A stretch of DNA of 64,000 nucleotides from Myxococcota bacterium (GTDB lineage Bacteria > Myxococcota_A > UBA9160 > SZUA-336): positions 3,249 to 67,248 of the forward strand of contig JBHHVJ010000012.1 in the NCBI GenBank assembly GCA_046754285.1. Direction: 5' to 3'. The notes under the pieces were generated by a model. That model did not search any database. It was not told the DNA's origin and saw only the letters and a program-made list of their open reading frames with translations. This document shows, in pieces, positions 37,392 through 44,733 of this stretch (its first letter is position 1; every line of letters begins with the position of its first letter). Made by a program: the position numbers and the translations under genes.

Positions 37392-37991
37392 GCGGCGCGA
37401 TGCGTCGTTCCGCGGTCTCACGCGCCTCGGCTCACAGCGGAGACCCAGGCGCGGGTCGTGATCGAACGTGCACTCGGCCTCGAGCTTCCGCTTCAGGCGG
37501 GCTCGTGCGCGATGCAGGCGGGTCTTGACGGCGCCGAGGCTGACCTGGAGCTCGGCGGCGATCTCGCGATTATTCAGGCCCTCGAGATCGCTCAGGACCA
37601 GCACCGTACGGTAGGGCTCGGGGAGGTCACCGATCAGGTCGCGGATGCACGCACCCATCTCGGAGCGCGCGAGGCTCTCGTCGAGCGTATCCGTTGGACT
37701 CTCGAGGCTGGCCTCAGCCGTATCTCCCGCTTCGCGACGCCGCGCCTCTTCACGTCCTCTACGCCTGCGGACGCGCAGCCGATCCAGGGCCGCGTTTCGC
37801 GCGATGCGGAAGACCCAGGTCGAGAGCTCCGAGTCGCCACGGAAGCTGGCCAGCTTCCGACTGATCCTCTCGAAGACCTCCTGCACCGCATCCTCGGCTT
37901 CGGCCGGTCCGAGCAGACCCACCAGATACCGCTCGATCCTGGCGTGGTACACCTTGTAGACTTCTTCGAAGCGCGTCGTCTCATGGCTCAT
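37389..37991 (-). CDS. ECF (group 4) sigma-70 family RNA polymerase sigma factor
   Basis: This is the C-terminal 200 codons of ORF 37389..38516(-), starting at ATG 37991. Region 2 reads AEDAVQEVFERISRKLASFRGDSELSTWVFRIARNAALDRLR. Region 4 reads LPEPYRTVLVLSDLEGLNNREIAAELQVSLGAVKTRLHRARARL. A short tail carries two Cys (ECTFDHDPRLGLRCEP). Confidence 0.9.
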   Translation of the reverse strand: MSHETTRFEEVYKVYHARIERYLVGLLGPAEAEDAVQEVFERISRKLASFRGDSELSTWVFRIARNAALDRLRVRRRRGREEARRREAGDTAEASLESPTDTLDESLARSEMGACIRDLIGDLPEPYRTVLVLSDLEGLNNREIAAELQVSLGAVKTRLHRARARLKRKLEAECTFDHDPRLGLRCEPRRVRPRNDASRR

Positions 37992-38354
37992 CTCGAGACG
38001 CTTCCCCTCCTGTCCTCTGCCGTGTCCTCTGCTGGAAGGGACCGAGAAGGCCCGCTCTTCGCCGTGCCGGCGCGGACTCGTGCACCGGGCTGCGAGCCGG
38101 TCCCCGTCTAGCCAGGACGCTCCCGACCCCGAAAAGGATACACCCTCCGTCCGAGCGCCGCGTCCATCGGTGCGGCCGTCGCCGTCGGTGTCGAGCCCGA
38201 TCGCGTTCTCGAGATCACGAGGTTCGATGTCCCATCGCCCCAGGATCTGCTGGCCTTCGACACGAAGCGACCGGTAGCTGTCGCTCGGCTTGTGAGCGTG
38301 GGCCGTGAGAGGCACGAGCACGAGGGCCGGGAGAAGGACCCCAGGGGCGCGCAT
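37992..38354 (-). pseudogene. truncated HupE/UreJ-like gene remnant (N-terminal ~120 codons, reads through into the sigma gene)
   Basis: ATG 38354 gives MRAPGVLLPALVLVPLTAHAHKPSDSYRSLRVEGQQILGRWDIEPRDLENAIGLDTDGDG. This is the periplasmic N-terminal pattern I associate with HupE/UreJ-type proteins of DUF4331 operons. No membrane domain follows, and no stop occurs before ATG 37991. Confidence 0.45.
38115..38142 (-). promoter_or_regulatory. candidate ECF-type promoter upstream of the sigma gene (TGTATC-N17-CGTCC)
   Basis: The minus strand reads TGTATCCTTTTCGGGGTCGGGAGCGTCC, about 125 nt upstream of ATG 37991. The core is the same as at 37364..37391. Confidence 0.4.
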
Positions 38355-38512
38355 CACGCGTCCTCGAGGAGACGAGCGAGTCTCGACAGAGTCTTGTCCT
38401 GCAGGCCCGTCCTGCGAAGGAACGCAAGTGTGCGCATCGCGGCGTCGGGCTCTCTGGCCGCCCGGGCCGCCTCGAGCACGCGAGCACCGCCCGCGACCGA
38501 AGGGTCCGCGAG

Positions 38513-39376
38513 TCACATCCTAGCGAGGACGCGGCGGAGCAGCAGCCCGTCGGATCGCGGCTGCCCTTCGAGCCTCTGCAGCACCTCCCGGGGTCGACGC
38601 TGGTCGAGGAGAAAATCTGCGTAGGCCGTGATCAGGTAGACGTCGGGCGCACCGAGGGCGAGCGACTCATGAAAGTGTCGATCGGCCGCCTCGTTCCGGC
38701 CAAGCTGTGCGGCGATCTCCGCTAGGCTTGTGAGCGCGAAGAGACGCAGCCGAGGAGAGCTCTGGGCTCGGAGCGTGATTGCGTCGCGGAGAACGGCGAA
38801 GCCCTCGGCCGCGTGACCCGATGCCGCGCTCACGCGCACTAGACAGGACGTGCCCGCGAGCGCATCGGCGATCTGGAGCAACGGCAGGCAGCTCCGCCAG
38901 GCCGCATCGAGCTCTCCTTGCACCAGATGGATCGTCGCCCGCGAGAACCAGGCTCGGCCGTCGCGGGGGTTGCGGGCCAGGACCCGGGACAGGTCCCCGA
39001 GAGCGGCTTCGAAGTCGTGGCTGTGTTGGCGAAGCGTCGCGCGCAGCGGCAGAACCTCGGTCGGAGGCTCGGGCCGCGTGAGCCAGGGGCGCACGACGTC
39101 CGTCGCCCAGCCTTGGTAACGCGGCTCGCCGCTGCGGCGGCTTGGATCGACGTATCGCCAGGCGATGCGGAGCGCGAGGGATAAGTTCTCGGGATGTTCC
39201 CTCACAACCTCGCGAAGCGCGCGAAGCTCTCGCTCCTCGGTGTGGGAAGAGGCGGGAAGAATCTCGAGGAGTTCGTCATCGCTCACCGGAGCGAAGGGCG
39301 TGGCAGCGGTGAGAGAGGCGAGCCACACGAGGGCTGAGAGGGCGACGCGCAGCGCGAGGCGAGAATTCCTGACCAT
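38513..39376 (-). CDS. secreted tetratricopeptide-repeat protein (DUF4331-operon partner type)
   Basis: This is the C-terminal 287 codons of ORF 38513..40252(-), starting at ATG 39376 (MVRNSRLALRVALSALVWLASLTAA, a signal peptide). The body is all-helical and TPR-like (RDGRAWFSRATIHLVQGELDAA, AEIAAQLGRNEAADRHFHESLAL). Confidence 0.75.
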   Translation of the reverse strand: MVRNSRLALRVALSALVWLASLTAATPFAPVSDDELLEILPASSHTEERELRALREVVREHPENLSLALRIAWRYVDPSRRSGEPRYQGWATDVVRPWLTRPEPPTEVLPLRATLRQHSHDFEAALGDLSRVLARNPRDGRAWFSRATIHLVQGELDAAWRSCLPLLQIADALAGTSCLVRVSAASGHAAEGFAVLRDAITLRAQSSPRLRLFALTSLAEIAAQLGRNEAADRHFHESLALGAPDVYLITAYADFLLDQRRPREVLQRLEGQPRSDGLLLRRVLARM

Positions 39377-40266
39377 GTCGAGTCGCAGCAGATCGGACAG
39401 TGGGCCGGTCCTCGCACCCTGGTACTGGAGGAGCAGGCTCACAATGTCTTCACGGGGACCCTCGGGGACTGGAACGCCCGAAACGAGCTCAAGTTCGTTC
39501 GCAACATCGAGATCGCGATAGGCCTGGACGAACCGGGCCTCGTCCTCGGGGAGGGTGGTATTCCTGAGATCCTTGAGACCGAACGGGATGATCAGCTCGT
39601 TCACGAGCGGGTTCGCCATCCGTGACACCTGCACCCAGCGACCCCGAGCCTCGATGAGTGGCTCGGACTCCTCGTGCGAGTCCCCGGCTCTCCGCGTCGT
39701 CTTGCGCTGACGCAGCGTGCGCGCCCACACACCGATAGTGCGTCTCTCAGAGCTGGCGGGATCAAAATCACGGATGAGCCGCTGGATCGGGACCTCGATC
39801 GCGATCGTGTTGATGTTGAACCCGCTGAAGTTATTCACTCCGAAGGGGTTTGAGGCGTCGTCCGCGTCCTCTTCCGAGGTCTGCACCGGAAGCGGGGGCC
39901 GACGACCCGGAAGGCCCGGAGGCGTCTCGGCCCGCAGGTTAATCGTATCGAAGACCGCGCCGAGGTCGATCGCGAAAGTCTCGGCTCGCTGCCCGACGAA
40001 GACGCGGATCCCGGTCTCCTCATCCGTGAACACCCCCTGGAGGGCGAGCCCCTCGTAATCGGGCATCGTACGAGGACCGATGATCGAGGGGACGGTCGGT
40101 CGAGGTTCTCGGCGTTGTAGCTGACGAAGGCGTAGACGTCGGTGATGTCGGCCGTGGGATCGAGTGCGACCAACGGGGCTTCGCGGTGGCTCGCCGCTTG
40201 AGCGACATCGCCGCCCAGAAGCGTGGCGGCCGCGAGTGCGGCTCCGAGGCACGAGAGGGAACGCAT
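39377..40266 (-). pseudogene. DUF4331-family gene, frameshifted and truncated
   Basis: ATG 40266 (AGGAGA upstream) gives a signal peptide followed by ASHREAPLVALDPTADITDVYAFVSYNAENLDRP in one frame. From about 40096 the homology continues in another frame (TVPSIIGPRTMPDYEG...FVGQRAETFAIDLGAVFDTINLR...NINTIAIEVP...SRMANPLVNELIIP...SDLLRLD). It then runs without a stop into the TPR gene. The total length is well below what I expect for this family. Confidence 0.6.
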
Positions 40267-40467
40267 GACGGATTCTCCTGTGGTCGATGCAGGAGCGCGG
40301 GCGTCGAAACCGCTTCGTTCGCCAATCGCCCTCCCGGCTATGCGGGAGGTATGCGCGGCCACCCCCGGCGGTTCAAAAGCGAACTGTGGCTGCGAGCTGC
40401 CGTCGCCTCACCTCCGAGCCTCGCGAACCGTTCTCGCGCGATGTCCGTATCCCTCTCTGGGGACAAC

Positions 40468-41583
40468 TCAATCAACGTCCCCGCCGTGGAGGGTGGCGCC
40501 GATGCGGAAGAGGTCGGTGGGGCGGGTGTGGTCCAGGACCTCGTGGGCGGGGCGGCCCTGGACGCGGGAGAGCTCCTGCAGGCCCGCGTCGATGCCGCGT
40601 AGGGCCTTGTCGAGGGCGCGCGGGATGGTGTCGACGTCGGAGAGCGGCAGGTCGTCGGCGATGGCCAGGGCGTTGGCGACCCCCAGCACGTAGCCGAGGA
40701 CGTCGGCGGCGCGAGCGGGGGGCAGCTCGAGCAGGGCGCGCCCGAGAAGCGTGCCCTGCATGCGCTCGGGCAGCGTGAAGGAAGCGACCATCGCGTGCGG
40801 CGGCACGGGGGGCTCCCACGGCTCGACCTGCTTGGCGCGCAGCGGCCGGTACAGGGCCATGGCCTGCTCCCGGTCGGGAAAGCCCAGGTCGTTCAGGCGC
40901 ACACCCCGCCAGCGCAGCGCGTACTCCTCACACTCCGAGGGGCTCTCGTAGATCATTCCGTAGGTCAGGCGCCAATAGAGCGCCTGGGCCCGCTCGAAGG
41001 TGGCACCGAAGATCTCCCGCACCCAGGCCGACTCGGCGCCCTCGTGGGGCCGCAGATAGACGACACCGTCCAGTGTGAACGCTCCGACCGGAGGGATGTC
41101 CTCCTTGCCGACGATGGTGATCTCGGTCATCGAACGAAGTGCGAGCAGCCAGAGCTCGAGATCGGTCTCGGCGATGGCCCGCACCAGCGCGGGTCGTCCC
41201 GCCTCGATCAGCGCACCGATCCACTCCTGCAGCCGGCCCCGATCGAGCTCGTAGCGGTTCCAGCAGTCGAGGTCGAAGCAGGCGCGGAGCTGCTCGGGGC
41301 TCGCCATCTCGAGCAGCCACGCGGCCTCGGACATCCCTCCCGCGCGCACGGTGAAGCAGACCTCCGCGTCGGGGAGCAGGGGGACGACCTTCTCCGGATG
41401 ATCGAGCAGCATCAGGAACTCGCTGCGCACCTCCGGCCGCAGCTCCTGGCAGGCCCGCGCCTGGGCCTCGGGTGAGAGCGCGCGCAGGCGGGCGCGCGCG
41501 GCCGCTCGATCGCGCCGGGCCAGGCGCAGCAGGTGGATCCCGGAGAGGTCTTCGGGTCGAGCCGGGTGCGAGGGCTCCGTCAC
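40468..41583 (-). CDS. conserved hypothetical protein (371 aa), translationally coupled to lon
   Basis: GTG 41583 overlaps the lon stop (GTGA). The composition is unbiased and helical. I recognise no motifs with confidence. Confidence 0.7.
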   Translation of the reverse strand: MTEPSHPARPEDLSGIHLLRLARRDRAAARARLRALSPEAQARACQELRPEVRSEFLMLLDHPEKVVPLLPDAEVCFTVRAGGMSEAAWLLEMASPEQLRACFDLDCWNRYELDRGRLQEWIGALIEAGRPALVRAIAETDLELWLLALRSMTEITIVGKEDIPPVGAFTLDGVVYLRPHEGAESAWVREIFGATFERAQALYWRLTYGMIYESPSECEEYALRWRGVRLNDLGFPDREQAMALYRPLRAKQVEPWEPPVPPHAMVASFTLPERMQGTLLGRALLELPPARAADVLGYVLGVANALAIADDLPLSDVDTIPRALDKALRGIDAGLQELSRVQGRPAHEVLDHTRPTDLFRIGATLHGGDVD

Positions 41584-43946
41584 GACGGCGCACGCTCCCC
41601 CACGAGCTTCGCCTCACGCAGGGCGTCGGTCACGTGGTCCACCAGATGGATCTGCAGGGCTTCGCGGACCTCTTCAGGGACCTCCTCCAGGTCCTTCTCG
41701 TTGCGCCGGGGCAGGAGCAGCTCCCGCACACCCGCGCGATGGGCCGCGAGCACCTTCTCCTTGACGCCGCCGACGGGGAGGATCTGTCCGCGCAGGGTGA
41801 TCTCTCCGGTCATGGCGAGAGAGCCACGCACGGGGTGCCCGGTGAGCAGGCTTGCCAACGCCACAAGAAGCGTCACCCCCGCCGAGGGGCCGTCCTTCTT
41901 GAGACCGCCGGCTGGAACGTGGATGTGGATCTGGTTCTTCTCGAAGAGCGCGAGGTCGAGGCCCAGGGACTCGGCGTTCGCCTGCAGATAGGAGAGCGCC
42001 GCCTCGGCGGACTCGCGCATGACCTCGCCGAGCTGACCCGTCAGGTGCACCTCGGGCTTGCCCTCCATGAGCGCCGCCTCGACGAAGACGATCTCGCCCC
42101 CGACGGGGGTCCAGACCAGGCCGATCGCAACACCGGGACGGTCGATGCGCTCGGTCACCTCGCGCGTGTACGAGGGGGGACCAAGCAGCTCCTCCAGCAC
42201 GTCCTCACCGATCGGCTCGGGCTTCTCGCCCTCTGCGATCCGCAGGGCCGCCTTGCGCACAAGCGACGCGATCTCACGCTCCAGACTGCGGACCCCGGCC
42301 TCCCGGGTGTACTCCTCGATGATCCGCCGCAGCGCGTTCTCACTCAGCGTGAAGCCGTCGCGCTCCATGCCGTGCTCCTCGAGCTGGCGCGGAATCAGGA
42401 ACTGGCGGGCGATGTTGAGCTTCTCTCGCGTCGTGTAGCCCGGCAGCTCGATCAGCTCCATGCGGTCGAGCAGGGGCGGCGGGATCGTATCGGTGCGGTT
42501 GGCCGTCGCCACGAAGAGCACGTGCGAGAGATCGAACGGAAGCTCCAGGTAATGGTCGCTGAAGCTGGAGTTCTGCTCGGGATCCAGAACCTCGAGCAGC
42601 GCGGACGACGGATCGCCCCGGTAGTCCATCCCGACCTTGTCGATCTCGTCGAGCATGAAGACCGGGTTGCGCGAGCCGGCACGCTTGAGGTTCTGCAGGA
42701 TTCTCCCCGGCAAAGCCCCGACGTAGGTGCGCCGGTGTCCCCGGATCTCCGCCTCGTCCCGCACCCCGCCCAGTGAGGTACGCACGAAGTGCCGTCCCAT
42801 GGCACGCGCGATGGACTTGCCGAGCGACGTCTTTCCCACTCCGGGAGGGCCGACGAAGCAGAGGATCGGGCCCTTGGGCGTCTTGACGAGACGCCGCACG
42901 GCGAGGTACTCGAGAATCCGCTCCTTCACGTTCTCCAGGCCGTAGTGATCCTCGTCGAGAATCCGGCGTGCATCTGCGATGTCGAGGTGGTCCTCGGTCT
43001 CCTCCTCCCAGGGCAGGTCCAGGATCCACTCGATGTAGGTCCGGATGACGGAGCGCTCCGGGGAATGGGTGGGGATGGCGGCGAGTCGGCTGGCCTCCCG
43101 CTCGGCGCACTCGCGCACGGCGTCGGGCAGCGGCGCCGCCTCGATCCGCTCCCGAAGCTCGTCGGCCTCCACGGCCTGGTCGTCCGCCTCGCCCAGCTCC
43201 TCGCGGATCTTCCGGAGCTGCTCACGCAAGAGAACCTTGCGCTGCCGCTCGTCGATCTCGCCGGCGGCCCGCTCCGCGTAGATCCGCGACACCTGCGAGA
43301 CACGAATCTCGCGGCTCAGGTGCTGAATGAGCGTCCGGAGCCGCGCCACGACGTCCGGCTCGCGCAGCAGCGCGACCTTCTCATCGAGCGAGAGGTTGGC
43401 CCCGAACCCCACCAAATCGGCCAGACGAGCGGGGTCCTCGATGCGGTCGAGCATCTCCTGCAGCTCGTCGGGAAGATCGTCGCGCAGCCGGACCAGCTCC
43501 TTGGCCAGACGCAGCACGGTCCGACGCGCGGCCTCCGCCTCGGCGGAGTGCTGCAGACGGTCCCGCAGGACCTCCACCCGAACGCGCAGCATGCCATCGA
43601 CCTCGAGAAGCTCCCGCAGGCGGAAGCGCACGAGCCCCACCGTGACCACGGAGATGCCGGGACCCGTGTCGATCATCTGCACGACGCGGCAGATCGCGCC
43701 CACGTCGTGGAGGTCCTCCGCGCGCGGCTCCTCGACGTCGGGCACCTTCTGGCTCAGCACAGCGAGCAGGCCGTCTCCCTGCGCCGCGGCTCGGACGGCC
43801 ACCAGCGAGCGTGAGCGGCCCACGGTCAGCGGCCGCGTGGTCCCCGGAAAGACGACCGTGTTGCGCACAGGCAGGAGCGGGAGCTCAGAGGGGATCTCGA
43901 GCTTCTCCCCGCCGATCTCGACCGTGAATGCAGGGGCTTCGCTCAC
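41580..43946 (-). CDS. lon: ATP-dependent Lon protease
   Basis: ORF 41580..43985(-), trimmed to GTG 43946 (GGAGG 6 nt upstream). The LON N-domain reads LPLLPVRNTVVFPG. Walker A is GPPGVGKTS. The protease segment is PKDGPSAGVT with the catalytic Ser. Confidence 0.95.
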   Translation of the reverse strand: MSEAPAFTVEIGGEKLEIPSELPLLPVRNTVVFPGTTRPLTVGRSRSLVAVRAAAQGDGLLAVLSQKVPDVEEPRAEDLHDVGAICRVVQMIDTGPGISVVTVGLVRFRLRELLEVDGMLRVRVEVLRDRLQHSAEAEAARRTVLRLAKELVRLRDDLPDELQEMLDRIEDPARLADLVGFGANLSLDEKVALLREPDVVARLRTLIQHLSREIRVSQVSRIYAERAAGEIDERQRKVLLREQLRKIREELGEADDQAVEADELRERIEAAPLPDAVRECAEREASRLAAIPTHSPERSVIRTYIEWILDLPWEEETEDHLDIADARRILDEDHYGLENVKERILEYLAVRRLVKTPKGPILCFVGPPGVGKTSLGKSIARAMGRHFVRTSLGGVRDEAEIRGHRRTYVGALPGRILQNLKRAGSRNPVFMLDEIDKVGMDYRGDPSSALLEVLDPEQNSSFSDHYLELPFDLSHVLFVATANRTDTIPPPLLDRMELIELPGYTTREKLNIARQFLIPRQLEEHGMERDGFTLSENALRRIIEEYTREAGVRSLEREIASLVRKAALRIAEGEKPEPIGEDVLEELLGPPSYTREVTERIDRPGVAIGLVWTPVGGEIVFVEAALMEGKPEVHLTGQLGEVMRESAEAALSYLQANAESLGLDLALFEKNQIHIHVPAGGLKKDGPSAGVTLLVALASLLTGHPVRGSLAMTGEITLRGQILPVGGVKEKVLAAHRAGVRELLLPRRNEKDLEEVPEEVREALQIHLVDHVTDALREAKLVGERAPS

Positions 43947-44010
43947 ACCAGCCTCCAAGCCTAGACGCGGCCCGTGCCGGGTCAAGCGGCTCGTCCCACG
44001 GCGGGAGGCC

Positions 44011-44047
44011 CAAAATAGAAGTCGCCGCCCGGAGCCCGGGCGGCGAC
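44011..44047 (-). terminator. rho-independent terminator downstream of the BON-domain gene
   Basis: The minus strand reads GTCGCCGCCCGG-GCT-CCGGGCGGCGAC, a perfect 12-bp stem, followed by TTCTATTTTG. It lies 25 nt after the stop at 44072. Confidence 0.7.
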
Positions 44048-44071
44048 CTGCTTCCGGCGCTCCGGGCCGAC

Positions 44072-44596
44072 TCAGTACTTGAGCTTGTCCAGATCCAGCG
44101 TCCTGACTCCGGGGATCCGCTTGATGTCATTGACGAGCGACTGGGCCACAGTCCAGTCCGTGACCTTGCCCTTGACCGTGACGTTTCCCTCGGCCACCGT
44201 GACCTCGAGCTTGCCCTTGGCCTTGGCCTTGGCGAGGTCCTCGTCCTCCTCGATGGCCTTATCGATCTTGATCTGGATCGCTTCGTCACCTCCCGAGGCG
44301 ACGTCCGGCTCACGCACGCGGATCCGGTTGCGAATGTCCTTGATGCCGCGAACCTTCTGCGCGAGCTCGTCGGCTTTCTTCAGATGCTCCTCGGTCGGGA
44401 CGTAGCCGGTCATCATCAGCGTGCCGCGCATGGCCCGCACCTCGATCTCTATCATCCCGGGGTTCTTGTAGAAAATTTTCTCCGCCTTCAGCGTTCGTTT
44501 CCCATCCGCGGTGGACTGGGCAGCGGCCTCGGCACTCCAGCCGAGGGCGGCGAGAGCCAGACCAAAGACGAGCAAGTGACGTATCGAGAGGTTCAT
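44072..44596 (-). CDS. periplasmic tandem BON-domain protein
   Basis: ORF 44072..44638(-), trimmed to ATG 44596 (GGAGGA upstream). A signal peptide is present. Two BON-like units are found (GTLMMTGYVPTEEHLKKADELAQKVRGIKDIRNRIRV and GNVTVKGKVTDWTVAQSLVNDIKRIPGVRTLD). Confidence 0.85.
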   Translation of the reverse strand: MNLSIRHLLVFGLALAALGWSAEAAAQSTADGKRTLKAEKIFYKNPGMIEIEVRAMRGTLMMTGYVPTEEHLKKADELAQKVRGIKDIRNRIRVREPDVASGGDEAIQIKIDKAIEEDEDLAKAKAKGKLEVTVAEGNVTVKGKVTDWTVAQSLVNDIKRIPGVRTLDLDKLKY

Positions 44597-44733
44597 GCGG
44601 ACTTCCTCCAGTTCCCTGCCCTGGGGTGGCCATCCCACGGCGTGTCCTAGCGGGCGTAGCCTATCGGAGCACGAGCCACGCGGTCAACCTCGATTCAGAC
44701 GCGTCCAGCCCGCTCCTCGCCCGACAGACGAAT

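Noticed and set aside
37389-38516. Single 375-aa ORF, which might be read as an ECF sigma with a long N-terminal extension
   Set aside because: The N-terminal 175 codons contain their own signal peptide and a HupE-like periplasmic motif. The sigma has its own ATG (37991). A candidate promoter lies inside the extension. I therefore interpret it as a pseudogene remnant fused by read-through.
38513-40252. Single 579-aa ORF
   Set aside because: It is a chimera. Its first ~50 codons are junk overlapping the true DUF4331 N-terminus in another frame. The middle is the DUF4331 body. The last 287 codons are a TPR protein with its own ATG and signal peptide.
40366-40381. Sequence resembling the T-arm of tRNA-Pro (CGGCGGTTCAAAAGCG against CGCCGGTTCGAATCCG), considered as a possible attR for a tRNA-Pro-anchored island spanning 25.4-40.4 kb
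   Set aside because: Only about 12 of 16 positions match and the acceptor 3' end is missing. No integrase gene is present. This is too weak to call an att site.
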